Shown here piece by piece: positions 47,562 to 61,000 of a stretch of DNA of 64,000 bases. The DNA comes from Fistulifera solaris (Eukaryota): contig AP026139.1 of the NCBI GenBank assembly GCA_030295235.1, positions 310,001 through 374,000 on the forward strand. The letters run 5' to 3'. The notes under the pieces are model-generated. The model searched no databases, had not been told where the DNA came from, and worked only from the letters and a program-made list of their open reading frames with translations. Position 1 is the stretch's first letter. The number at the start of each line of letters is the position of its first letter. The translations under genes were made by a program, and so were the position numbers.

Positions 47562-48721
47562 ATGTTTGGTCTGGGCAAGAAGAACGTGGGACCTCCGGAG
47601 AAACCAGGATATGACACAGCCCGAGGATGCACAGCTTTGGTGACAGGCTCCTCGGGTTTATGCGGTGCTCGCCTCGTCGAAATGTTGCTCGAACGAGGCG
47701 CCAAGCACGTCATTTGCTTTGATCTTATGCCACCGGATGCTACTCTTAAGCAGCGTTTTGCGGAAGCGGAGAAAAAAACAAGGGAAAGTTAACGATTCTC
47801 ACTGGCTCCGAGGGGGATCTTACCAATGGCAAAGCCGTTATGGCTGCTTTTGAAAAGGATTCGAAAATCGATGTGTGTTTTCACATCGCCGCCCTGGTCG
47901 GTCCGTTTCACGACAAAGAAAAATATCGTGCGGTTAATTACGAAGGTACTTTGAATGTGATCAAGGCTTGTCGTGAGAAGAAAGTTCCCAAACTCGTATA
48001 CAGTAGCAGTCCGTCGACTCGATTTACCGGTGGAGATATCACCGGCCAAACCGAAGATGAGCTTGCGATTCCTAATACTTTTCTAGCTCTCTACGCGGAA
48101 ACGAAAGCAATGGGTGAAAAGGCCGTAACAGAAGCGTGTTGTGATGCGTTGTTGACTGTTTCTGTGGCCCCTCACCAAGTATACGGTCACTATGATTCCT
48201 TGTTTCTTCCGAATTTGCTCGAGACTGCTGGCAATGGGCGTCTTCGTATTTTCGGTAAAGGCGGAAACAAGATCAGTATGTGTCATGCCGACAACTATGC
48301 GCATGGGCTCATGTGCGGAGCGGATGCTTTGTATCCAGGAAGTCCGGCACTGGCCAAATTCTACATTGTCACGGATGGTGCACCGGTGGATTTCTGGAAG
48401 ACGCTGAATCAAGCGGTAGTCGCCATGGGTTTTACGGATCTGTATTCCAAGTTTCATCTTCCGGCCTGGTTTTTGTATACGATAGCCTACGCGGCGAATG
48501 TTGTTGGCTTCCTGCTGAATCGAAAATTCAAGTTGAATCCCTTCAATGTGAAAATGCTAACGATTCACCGCTACTTCTCTATTCAAAATGCACAGCGTGA
48601 CCTTCAGTACGAACCAGTGCGTACATTTGAGGAGGCTTGGCCCGATACAATTGCTTGGTTCAAGGAAAACTGGCTGCCTGGCTTCTTGGAACGACAACGT
48701 AACTCGAAGAAGACTGATTAA
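47562..48721 (+). CDS. NSDHL: Sterol-4-alpha-carboxylate 3-dehydrogenase (3-beta-HSD family; indel near 47775)
   Basis: LVTGSSGLCG Rossmann motif, FHIAA, VNYEGT, VYSSSPS, YAETK, PHQVYG. Confidence 0.8.
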
Positions 48722-49040
48722 AAAAAGTGAAAACGCTCGTGTGCTAAAAAACGGTTTGTGTAAATCTACAATTTGTCAAATGATCATTTCTTTTTGTTTT
48801 ATTAGAGATGATCTAAGTAGATTCATCAGTCGGACGGCTACGATTTGTGCTAGGTTTTCGACTTCGGTGTAAGACTGGCTATAGGTAGTTGAGTCCAGAA
48901 CGAAATTGAGTCATTCACGTAGAAAAGGCACGACATGCGGTAGAAAACAGACGGTGCCAGCGTCGTTTCGCGTTTTTGTCGTTTTGCTTCAACTTGTTGA
49001 TGGAAAGGCATAAACATCAAGAAATATACCATATCAAACC

Positions 49041-50389
49041 ATGAGAATAATAGTTCTTCTGCAACTTCTTTTCAATTCAGAAATCCTGCTGTAGCGTGGG
49101 TATCATCACCCCGAATCCTCCAGTCTCGTTCGGTGCTTTCTGTGCAGAAACGTTCCTCGGTGGTCGACGAGACGAAATTGGACGATGAAGATAGCATCAT
49201 TCCGATTGAGGGCGCTCAGTTCTTTGGTGGCAACAAACAAAAGGAAGAGTTCTTCGATCCAGTTGCCGAAGCTCAGGCCGGTTTAGAAACAAGGCAGTAT
49301 TACGATCGGTTTGCCGATACGCTGGCATTCCAAGATGCTGCTGCCACATCTGTTGCCCGATCGGTACAACAACAAATCAATCGTGTTCTGTACGAAGAAG
49401 AACAGAGTCAGGTAACAGAATATTCTTATAAGCCTTCGATGGAGTGGAAAACTTCGTTTCCTGTCAAAGAAGCTAATCCGTTGATGGAACTGAAGAATGC
49501 TCTTGCTTTTTACGAGCACATGGATGTCGCTATTACTTCCGCAAAATCGATCAGCTCGAACACCATTGAAGTTCGATGGGAAATCGCTGTGACGTGGCCT
49601 ATTTTTTGGGAGCCGCGTTTGCTGTTTACAGGACAGTCGATTCTGTCGATTGATGGAAGCTCTATTACTCGACAAGTGGATACACTGGATGAAAAGGACT
49701 TGTTGGTTAGTGTTGCGAAGCAAATCTTCCCTCGTTTTTGGGATATTTATCACATTGGAATGACTCCATCTGCAGAATTGTCTCCTCGCTTTCCCCAATC
49801 CAGTCTTTTGAAGTCGTACAATGTGTACGAATTGCCAGCGCGGCTGTATTTACAGCCCACGCAGTTGGACACGGGTAAACGAAGCGACAATACTGCAGCT
49901 ATGATCCCCAACCATGCTTTTACATGTATTATCAAAACAATGGGCCCCCAAAAGCAAAGATATGTACCAACATCGCCAGTTGAAGTCAAATTGATCTCCC
50001 AAGGAGACGGCTTGCAAATTCAATGGCACATTCCCTTGGCTGTAGAGTTCGCATCACAAGCAACGCTAGCTCTTCCCGATGCCGATGAAGAAGCCGAAGC
50101 AAGTTTGAACCCAGCATGCGGGTATAAGTGGAAAGAATCGCGAAAGGTTGCAACTGTGCCGTATGGTGGCAGTCCGCAGGATGAAGAGATAGCGAATATT
50201 CGAAAGCAGCTATACAACCAAGTAATCAAAGATGGCTTGAAGCCTCGTATGGAGAACGGAAGACCCGTTTTCTTTTTCTGGATGAACTCTGTGAAAGCAT
50301 GTTATACTAGCAGCGGTCTGGGGATGGGAGTATACGATTGGCGACCTACATTTGTGAAAGCCAATGAAGTTGGTATTGAATTAGAATAA
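49041..50389 (+). CDS. Putative plastid protein: SnoaL/DUF2358-like + SOUL-like domain
   Basis: VRWEIAVTWPIFWEPR..TGQS..ITRQVD; KVATVPYGG..LIKDGL-like helix..NEV; N-terminus frameshifted. Confidence 0.55.
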
Positions 50390-50476
50390 TCGTCAAATAT
50401 GTCGCTATTCAGCTCTGTTTACATTCTGGTCGATCGTCACCATTTCGTCGCTCGTTATTCACTTGCGTGTAATCCA

Positions 50477-53400
50477 TTAGTGACATAGGGGGTTGCTCGT
50501 TACTTGTGCTTCCGATTCTCCTGTATCCTTACACGCTATGCGTTTTCTCAAAGGTTGATAATCGGCGCCAATTCCGAAGCTTGTTGATGGCTCATTATTT
50601 TGAGACATCGATGCACTGTCTCGATTTACAGAATCAGTGGCAAACGATTCTATGACGTCTTCATCGGGTCGATTCGATTGTTGTTCGTGTTTTTGAGTCG
50701 GTGCAAGAACATTTTTCAACGGTAGTGGTTCCTTGAAGGTCACTCGTGAGGGGTCTTTCGAAGTATTGGTAAGAGATTGTAGACGTTGTCTAAATTCAAG
50801 TTCGTATTCTTGCTTCTCCTTCATTGCTTTCATCAAACTAGGACTACGTTCTCTCAAGTCGGAGTCAAAGAAGTTGCCATGAGAAGCAGGATAACTTTTC
50901 GGCTCAACAAAAATGACGTATCCGGCTTTGATGGCTTAATAGTTGGGATACCTGTCTTTCGCAGGCGTGGTGAGTTTTCTTCGCATAACCTTAGTGCACT
51001 TTTTTGGAGGAGTACGAGGAGGAAGGCCATCAAGCATCTCCTGACCTCGATATTGGTTATCAAAAATGTCTAGCTCGTTTTCTTCGCGTAAATCGTGTTG
51101 CAAAGCGTCTCTTAGTACCGTGTCATCATTCGTCAACTCTTGACGCTGTATTTGGAGCTTCAAAGAAGTTATCTCTTCGTTTAATTGGGCAATCAGTTCA
51201 TCCTTTTCAGCTGCTCGCCGCTCAGCCTTTTCGATGTCAATTGACGCGGAATAGTTCTTCATCAGAAGTTCTCGTTTTTCGTCAACCAAATTCGATATGT
51301 GTGCGTCATACTCGAACTTAATCTCTTTTAGTTTCTCGTTCGTCATTCCTCCCGATCTGCCGTATTTATGTTGCTCGTTTTCGTCGTATTCGCTCATAGC
51401 CGACTCTGGTATTACTCCGATAGAATGACTATAGCGAGAAGCTTTCTTCAGTTCTCTGTTTTCTTCTAAGAGTAGAGAGTACTCCTTTTGCAGCTTTTCA
51501 AGCTGTGACTGGAATTGTCCACCCCTCCTGTTCCTCGAAGCTGCCTTCTGCAACGGTCGTTATCCTCCTGAAGATCGAAGTTTTCCCGCTCGAGTGACCT
51601 CATCTTTTCTTGACAAGTGTCCACCTCAATAGTGAGCTCATTGACTTGAGCAGTAGAAAATTCAAGGTGGTTTTTCAGAGAGGCAATTTTTCCTTCAAAC
51701 ATCTCATGTTCACTTTCTTTTCCATTTTGAGCTTCTTCAAATACGCATCAAGTTGTTGATTCTTCTCAAACAACGCGTCGAGCTCTTCCTTTGCTTGGTT
51801 CTTCGCTTCAGCAATCATAGCTTTTCCTTTCCGTACAAGGTTTTCCTTATCTTCTTTGGCGCCTTCTTTGATTCGCTCGATTTGGTCTTCGTATTCCCTT
51901 TGCAAAGTTTCAATGCGCTCTTGTGACTTCTCTTTGTACTTATTCAAACCTGAGGTTGACCTTTCTTGAAGACCATCATACTCGTTTTTCCATTTCGATT
52001 CGATGGAAAGTAATTTCGCTTCGGAGTCTTCTTTTGTTTTGCAGTGAGCTTTTCTTTCTTCCTCAAGAAGCCTATTCATTGTCTTTTGGAGGTCATCAAT
52101 GTCTTTCTTTGCTTTCGCTTCCAAAACTTCACGAGTTGCTTCCAAAGCTCTGTGCGCTTCATCCGTCACCTCTTGCCGCGCTTTTCGAAGCTCATCGATA
52201 CTCTTTTTCTGATTTGCGTTTTCTTCCAACAAATTTTCGATTTCGCTTCGCAAAGACGATGCCTGCGTCATAGCAACTTGATGATCCTTTTCCGATTGCT
52301 TTAGCTTCTGGCCAACATCTTCTAGCTGCGACTCCAAGTCGACGTTGGCTCTATGTAGTCCAGAAAGCTTCTCTTCCGAAATTGCTAACAGCTCTTGTAA
52401 TTCGGATACTGTCTTTGACGACCGCGCCAATTCTGACATAACTTGTGCCATCTCTGTGGCCAGCTCATTAATTCTCGTCGAGCGTTCGGAAGCCGCGGCT
52501 TCCATTGTGTTGTACTTTTCCTTCCAATGGTCAACGTCTCGACGAAGATCGGCATTTCGTTTTTCTGAGTCGTTGAGAGATTGTGCCGTCGCGCTCAGCT
52601 TTTGCTCTACTGTTTGACAGTGTTCATCGACCTCTGATTTCGCGTGTTGTAAATCAGCCAACTCCATCGAAACATTATTTAATTCAGCAGCCAATTTTCT
52701 TTCGCGTTCCTCCGACTGGAAAAGAGTCTGGAGAGCTTTTTCCAGCTTATCCTTCGTTGAAAGATACTCCTTCTTGTATTTGTCACCCAATCGCTTTGTA
52801 TCATCCAAGGTGTCAGCCATTTTCTGTACCGAGTCGTTTGACCGTTTTTCTGCGAATTCTCGCAGCTTTTTGTTTTCGTTTCTTAGACGGTACAATTCTT
52901 CCATCACTTCTGGATTGAGCTCATTGATCCCCTCACCAACGCCTGTGGTGGGCTCGCTTGGCGCTTTCGCATCTTCTTGAAGGCGCCTACGGAGTTCATC
53001 CATCTGTTCTTTTTGAAGCATTGCCCCCTTCCACAGACTTTCGTTGACATGAGACTGATCATTGGCTTTTTTCTCTAGCTTCTCTAATGCATCTTGGGTC
53101 TCAACAAGCTTCACCTCTGCTTCGATTGCTCGAACCTTGTAGTCTTCAAGCTGGCGCCTCAAAGGTGCTAACGTTTGAAGCTCACTTTCGAGTCTGACGA
53201 TCTCGTCCACTGCATTCCCGTGCGCCTCCTGCTCTCGACGCAAAGCGTCCTTCGTGTCCTGAAGCTCGTTTATCCGCTCTTTGTACTTCCGTAGCTTTTC
53301 CGACAACTCCGGCAGAGCGCCTTGGTTTTGATTCAGAACCTCGATTTCTTCCTTGGCTTTCTGCAGCTCTTTGATTGCTTGTTCACCTCTGCTAGCCTTG

Positions 53401-54558
53401 TCCCGAATATCATGAAGCTGATTATTCAATGCTTCCACATGTTCCTTGTATTTCGCAATCAATTCTTCCTCACGGTCGAACGATTGTTTTTCGAGTTTCA
53501 TCATTTCATTGCGGTGGCGACCTTCAATTATCTCGAGTTTACCTTGAAGTTTCTGCTCTCGCTGCTTGTAAGTATCCATGTAGCTTTCGTATTTCACAAT
53601 TCTCGAGTGCAGCTCGCGGAAAACTATCTGCATTCTACCCGGAGACTCAAATGTTCCCGGACTTGGCATTGTAATTTCTGGGTGAGGGGACGCCATGCGA
53701 CGTGAAGCATCTGGAGTGTAGCCGGAACTACGAATTGAGTCAACTGTTTTCCGAGAATGACTTCGCTCTGGACTAAGGTTGCTTTGAATTGGTGTCGCCA
53801 TGGATGTGTTGGAGTCACTTTGTTCAATCGGATAAGAGCGCCCCGAGCTTGCAGATTGAGGTGGCTGTGGACTTCGTTCTGCTTCCGATATAGGTGTCTC
53901 CAACAAGGATCGTCGCTGACGCAACGCAGATTTTGGTGGGGTCATTGAGCTCGAGCCGACCCCACGTGACGGTGACCTCTTTTTCGGTGTGCTTTTCCCA
54001 CGACGCTCGATCAAAGACATCAACGTTTTCTGCACGGATTTATTCAGTCCCATAATTTTCTCAATGTATTGACGACGCCGTTGCATATTAGGGGATTGAA
54101 CTGCACAGTCAAGTAGATTGCTCAAAACGTAAAGTTTTAGACGCGCAGGGGTCATTCGAGAGTCTGAGTCCTCTCGGTTCACGTCCTTCGGAGAGTGGGC
54201 GTGCCTTTGTTGCAGTCAGCATCAAAAGCGAAGTCCAAATTCGGTCTGTACCCGGCGATTTCCTAGCCATGTCTTGAAAATCAACCTTTGAGTCACATAT
54301 TTCTTCTGCAATTCTCGAAATTGCGCTGAAGAACACAGGAAGGGAAGACTTTGAGAGAACACGAAATAAGTACATAAGGAAAAAACTAGTTGCTGAGCAA
54401 ATATCGTACCGTGTAACTTCAGGAGAGGCTAAGCGCTCAACAACCATGTCAGGATTCTTCAAAATTTCGGTTGAGTTGACATTCTCAAAGTTGAACAAAT
54501 TAAACGTATTCAGCCAATCAAGTAGAGAAGCAAGTTCTTTGACCTGCTCTGCGTTCAT
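50477..54558 (-). CDS. HOOK-family coiled-coil dynein adaptor-like protein (intron near 54330-54409; several indels)
   Basis: LLDWLNTF; CAVQSP..QYIEKIMGLNKSVQKTLMSLIE; ELNPEVMEELYRLRNENKKL; long coiled coil. Confidence 0.75.
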
Positions 54559-55127
54559 GATAGCGTATATTATTGTTGGTGGATCACGCCGCTCAAATTT
54601 TTAATATTTAGAGGAAAAGTAAGTAGTTGCTAAATGTCTTGCTTCAACCACAAGCCTTTTCTCTACACAAGGCTTGCTTTTGAAGAGCAACAAGCAGCAG
54701 CCAAGCAGTGGTCTTGATTGCACCTTGCAACAATGAAATTATTTGACAAAAATGGCTCGGCGCGCTTGTGTGACAAGTTCTAGATTATACGAAACTGTAT
54801 TTAAGTCAATTTGTTACTTAGATAGTTTGTCCTGCAACAATAATTTTTCACGGTTTTTTCTACACATTAGGAGTGGTCGGCGCACCACGGTTCGCCTATT
54901 TAGTACTATCTACCTTTTCATTCTGACCAGCATCGCACACTTGCTACCACAGTGCAAAACGAACTGGGAAAGGGCGCGAGCGCAAAAAAGGACAACGTCG
55001 GGGAGACAAAGAAATTGCCTCTCTCTGGTAGACTGCTGACCTCTCGTACGTCGTATTGATAGCCTCATTTCTGCGACGATCATTGCAATGCAATCATTGA
55101 AGCTCAGGTCACGAGACGGCTAAAGAC

Positions 55128-57124
55128 ATGAAAGAACCAGGCGAAGACGAGCTTACTTTAGAGTCGAACCGCAACACAATGCCCCAATCATCGGCGGTGA
55201 CAGGAGAACCTGGTAACGGCGACGCGACTGGCCGTGACAGTTCCCGCTATTTCTCTTTGAAAACGCACGGATCATTCGACGAAGATCATTCTGTCGGTAA
55301 CAAAAGTCCAGATAGCTCTGACGAAGATATTAGTATCTTTCGAACTCGTTCTCTGCTCGACGACGATGATGGGGAAGAAGCGGAAGGAGAGACGGGACCG
55401 GATGCAACTTTGCAAGCAGCCACTAATCTAGCTGGCAACAAAGAGAGTTCAATCCGTGGTATCAGCAACAAACCGCAGCAACTTGTTCACGCGCCGCAGG
55501 GTTCCATGTCGGCGGAAAGTCGTCAACTTACTTGTCGACCTAGCGTCCTCTCGGTACATCTCGCAAATCAACACTCGTGGGACGGCTTCGTGCGTCGAGG
55601 AACGCGTCTAAAGACTTTTGTGGATGGCGCTATGCACAAACTTCGCGATTCATTTGGAGCCGAAAGTGGGGAGAAGCGTCAACAGCCGTCTGGGCAAGAA
55701 AATTCAGTCAGCGAGCCGCCACAGCAACGCCGTCGTCTTGACCAGACCGACTTTGCGTCGTCCTTAGCACAAGAAAGAACGGCCGAAGTCATTCATCTTC
55801 AACGAGTAAGTTTGAAGTGTGCGGCTTCATAACGTCGTTGTATTACTCATACCTTTCTTGTCCAGCAACTAAAGGATTACGAGGTCCAGGCTTCCGCTAT
55901 GAAGGCAGCGAATGATGCTTTGCGCGAAGAATCTGCTAGTATTCAGCAACGACTCGATCGTACCACTCAAGCTCTTCGAGCTGCAGGTTCCAATGCACAG
56001 AAAGCACGCGCTGATGCCGATGCAGCACAAGCTACAGCAGCTAGCTTGGCGCAGACGCTTGATTCCCTAGATACTGTTGTCACCGAGACGAAACGCGCAT
56101 CTCAGGTTCTGCATCAAGAACACCAGAAGATATCTTCCACAGTGTCTTTAATGGAAGGCAAGCTCATTCAAAAAGAAAGTGAGTTGATTCGAGTGAACAA
56201 AGAACTGAAGAGCCTGCGAGCTGAGAACACGGAGTTGGAGGAACTGAAAACAAAGTGGAGCGACGAACAGAAGCGTCTAAAGAAGTCGCTGGATCTGCAG
56301 GACGAGGAGCTACGAGATCTGAAGCAGCTACAAGGGGAGCGTGATGCACTCGAGAAAGCACGGAAGATTCGCGCCGAGCAGGTGGAGAAAGAACTTCGTG
56401 AGACTCAAGAAATGTTGATTTCAGCGACCTCGGGACAGGCACAAGCGGAGAAGATACAGAAAGAGCTCCAAGAGACGATTTTGGAGCTTCGAAAGTCTAA
56501 CGAAGATATTCATGCAAAGATGTCGCTCCAGCAATCTACGAACGCTGATGAAGTAAGCCGTCTTTCCGAGGCACTGACGAAGGCTGAGAAAGAAACACAG
56601 AAGCTGCGTATCGAAGCGGAGGCGGCAGCGGAGACAATTCAACGCTTGAAGATGGAAAGAGAGTCCGCGAAGAAGCAAATATCCGATCTAAAAAGTCGTG
56701 CTCTAGCGGCGGAACATCGAGTGAAAGATCTCTCTAGTATGAGTTCCTTGTTTACTACGCCGGAAGCCCACACGAATCAGAAAGATGCTCGGACCGTTTC
56801 AACGACGTCGACAACTCCAGCTGCAAGCAAGTCTTTCATTTTGCCGCCACTCAATGGGTCGGGACCACACCCGATTCCTACTTCTACGGACAAAGAGAAC
56901 ACTATTGGCCTTTCCAACGTTCCGCAGAGCAGCATCTGCTCTATTTGTTCTAAGGCTTCTTACGGACTTATGAAGCCATGTCAGTGTGGAAACAAAGCAT
57001 GCACGAAAAAGCTCACCTTTCCTGCGTCAACCGTATCCAACCCGGCCCCAGTGTATCACACCCTGGAACTCCAGCTCCTCAGCTTCCTGTTGTTCTGTGC
57101 TCGGTGATCAGCTCTGGCAATTGA
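55128..57124 (+). CDS. Coiled-coil protein with C-terminal Cys/His zinc-finger-like motif; intron 55806-55865
   Basis: Heptad-rich ORF; CSIC..CQCG..C..(H..C after an indel). Confidence 0.65.
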
Positions 57125-57237
57125 GGAACCATTTTTATTGTGAATTCTGATAAGCGCTGTGCATAACAAAACTACTTTGCATTGTGGCCGGGTACCAGAA
57201 TTTCTGAGTATCAAAACGGATTGTTTCATAACGTAAT

Positions 57238-57783
57238 TTAGAATTTAGGAGGAAAAAATTTATCCATAACCGGTTTCACCGTCACGATGACAAGGGGCAA
57301 CCGAAGCGGTTCAGCTAATTCGTTCATCACCAGTGCCATTCCTATCTTTCCCATCTCTGGATCAACTTTAGAAGCCATATCCCATCCTAATCTTGTATCA
57401 ATTTGAGCGATAAGAGCCATAGTATCCAAGTTACCCACCTCAATGGATGCATAACACAAAGCGAATGTTGACGTCCACGCGGCCCAATACCAAACGAGCA
57501 AGGGCATTCCGTAGTCACGTGCTAGCGCTTTGTAGCGACCCCGCCACGAATAAAGTTCTCCCGTATTAATCCCTTTCAATGTTTCCAGCTTGGCAATTTC
57601 ACGATTCAATTTCCGAAGCTCTTGGTCTTTCTGAAAGTCACTCAGGCCGGCAACGCGATTCTTTTCGATTTCTTCCTCCACGGGTGTTAAGGGCGTGTAG
57701 AACCGGCGGACGATATCAATCGAGAGCGAGGGCCTTTGACAAACATAGCGCCGAAGACCGTGCATCTGGAGAGTTAATGCCAT
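57238..57783 (-). CDS. FAM210/DUF1279-like mitochondrial membrane protein
   Basis: Presequence-like N-terminus; KALARDYG..TM..ALVMNELAEPLR. Confidence 0.7.
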   Translation of the reverse strand: MALTLQMHGLRRYVCQRPSLSIDIVRRFYTPLTPVEEEIEKNRVAGLSDFQKDQELRKLNREIAKLETLKGINTGELYSWRGRYKALARDYGMPLLVWYWAAWTSTFALCYASIEVGNLDTMALIAQIDTRLGWDMASKVDPEMGKIGMALVMNELAEPLRLPLVIVTVKPVMDKFFPPKF

Positions 57784-58038
57784 AGTCAACAACTCTTTAT
57801 TGCCTAATGAAATTGTAATGGAGAGAGAGTTACGTACAAAGTATGAATGCCTTCGTCTTCGAAAGCTGCAGTGAGGCGTGACTTACTGTAGGATCAGTTT
57901 GCACCGAATTATTTAGGTCGAGGCGGGCCGTAAGTCGAAGCGTATGTACGTCAACCGAATAGCCAGACATGCACCTAAAAAGCTAAGGTCCAAGTCTGCT
58001 CCGATAGAAGAGATCGGAGGTACCAAAGTAATACGTCT

Positions 58039-61000
58039 CTAGATTGTTAAATTACTCCGTCTTTCTTCGACTAGACTTCTGGCCCTTGTTATGCACTTCT
58101 TCGCAAAATAAACCACATCTTGATCACCGCCGCTCTCCATTTCCCTTTCGGACTCGAGCTGCTGGATTAATGCAGTTTCAATGAACCTTATTTCTTCTTC
58201 CTCAAAGTTATGCAGCACAGCTTCGAGACAGCGGCCGACATTCAGCCGTACATTGGCAATCCGATCCGTTGATAGAGACAAGGCTATCGCCGCTAACTCC
58301 TGCACAGGCGAATTCGTCATTCTTTCCTCGACTTGGCAGTTTCCTTGCCACTTCGAAGCACAGGCCCCATTAAGTAAAAGCGTTTCCATCATTTTCAGGC
58401 TAAGGAGACGTTGTTTGCAGTCAGAATGGATCGCAGCCTTCCTCACGTTTGGAATAACAATGGAGGATATCCATTCCGCGGCGGCATCCTCACCATGGCT
58501 TCCTAAACTGCTGCCACCCATGCAAAGACACTCTGCGGCAGTCTTTCGTACTGCATCAACTTTGTCCCCCATCAATTGGACACAAAGTTTAGCAATTTCT
58601 GATCGCGTTCCGTGTTGTTGAGTGCAGCCTAATAATGCTGGAACGATCTCTACGGCGCTTTGTCTCACTCGCCATTGCTTACTATTGCCAAGCTCCGCTA
58701 ATGTCGGAAGTAGCCTTAGTACCTGTTTCTCTGAAAGCACAGGTACAACTACAGGTTTTTCAGATGCATAGGAGGATATTGAAACAGAATCGTCATCTAA
58801 AGACGCGATGGAAGCATGGCGGGCACGAGCTTGATGAGATGACGTCCGAGTTGCGTTAGTAACAGCTCGTAGAGCAGCGCTAGTCACCTCGGGATCGCTA
58901 TCGTTCAACAAAGTTTGGACCGTGGGAATTAGACGATCATCAACGTGCTTCTTGTAGTGTACAACGGTATCAAAATCCGCGGACAAAGATTTCTCGAGCG
59001 AAGAAGGATCAACAGCCACGTCGAACCCGCGGTTCTGTAACGAAACCAGCAAAGCCAGGAGGTCACCAACAGCTGAAGCCAGAGAAACGCGCACGGATAC
59101 GCTCGCATCTTTCTGTAGCTTGATAGAAGCCGGAATCAGAGCCTCAAGGATGCTGACCTCGCTTGGAGCAGCTTCTCCAGGATTCGTTGACATCATTACT
59201 ATTTGCGAAAGACGAGGGACGCACGCAACAGCTTCACACCGTACGCGTTCATCGGAATCCGACAGCAGGGCGAGCAGGGTATCTATCACCACACTAGACC
59301 AATGTGCCCCCAAAGCATCGCATAAGCGGTCGCACTGAGCAGCTACAGAAAGTCTGACTGAAGGTGAACGGTCTTCTGCTAACCGAGTTGCAACTGGGAG
59401 CAACTTGCATTGAAGTAAATATACCTCAGCAAAGGTGGGGTCGTCACGACTAGGAAGACGGCGCAGGTATCGACTTCCTTGGCTGGCGTCTCCCAAAAAC
59501 GCATTAGGCAAGTGCTCAGCGAGATGCCAGGTCAATGTCATCGCTGCTGAGCGCAAATGAGGTTCCGGATCTGTCATGGACCGCTCGCACATGAGCACTA
59601 GCCATGGGACTGAACGAGGATCAAATACTAGCTCAGCGATTTCGTGTAATACTTTGGCCGTTGCTTTTCGAACCATCACATCGACGTCGTGCAGTGCTCG
59701 AGTAATCACCCCTCGGAGCTGGAGCTGATGCGGAAAGTCGAGGTGACCCCACAAGACAGGACCTAGTGAGCACGCTGTTATTCGAGCACTTGTACTTCGA
59801 CTCGCAGCCAGCCTGTGAACGACCGCAAGAAACCTGTTCCCCGCATGCAGTCTATGGATGTCCGACGATGACAATTCCCCCTTCGAACCGAATCGTCGCC
59901 TCAGTTCTGCTTCCAATTCGGGATCCAGGGGCCGTCCGCTTTCCGAGTCACATCCCGGGCTCTTCATGATTGGACAACTCATCACAATTAACTTTAAAAG
60001 ACTGCCTGCGGTTCCGAGGTCATTAATAGCACCCGCTTCCTGTGATGTACGTCCAGCCGTTGCCGACAAAGCCTCTTCTTCAGATAGTTCCATTTCTGTA
60101 TCTATGTCTAAGATATCACAAAGCAGCGAAATGAGTTCTCCACGTAGTAACGCTGCTGGCGGCGACGTTGTGTCGGCAAGGAAAGTGCGTGTGCGTTGTA
60201 ATACATCACCAATTTGCAACAAGGGCTTTTCGTGTGACAAGCTCGAATCCAAATCAGAGGAAATGGTTGGGCGAATCGCCCCTTTCCCGTCTCTTGTCGG
60301 GGTAAAGGGCGGCGGGAGACCCTTTCTTCGTTTAATAAGACCTGCATCTGGCAATCCACTTTTTACTTTCCCTGGTGGATTCGCTTTTGGGACAAGCTTC
60401 ATCCTAGTATAGTCAAGTACAACCTTTGCGACGCTCTTGGCGGCGTCGCCGTAGTCTCTTGAAGAGTGATGGTAAACACTATGAGGATTCCTTCTTGGAC
60501 TTGCGGCACTATCTGCGTTACTCGTATTTCCGGAAAGAGAAAGTAAATGTCTTTCTTCATCTTGCAATCCTATGACAAAGAGAAGAAGGACCCAAAGGAC
60601 CTTTTCTCCAACTTTGAATAACGCTTCTTCTTTCTTGTTCTTCACCGGATCACGAATTTCGGCGAAACGGCGGCGTACGAGATTAGTATAGGCGTCAATT
60701 CTGAGATCCGCACCAATGAGTGGCCGTGGTGTTTCACCGTGATCATCGCTCGGCTCAACTGAATCGCGGACTCTATTGCCATCCATCATATTTCCAAACC
60801 CAGAACCCTTAATTAACCTTCCCATCTCTTCTCTTGCTAACCGTAGCGCATCGTCAGCGACAGGCCGGAGAATAAGAGTCAGCGGTCGATTACTTTGTCT
60901 TAGTTCATCAATTGTCTCAAAATGGGTCAAATTTTTTGTGTCGACATTGCCTACTTTCACAATGAGGGAACCAACTTTGGCACCAGCTTTCTTTGCAGGT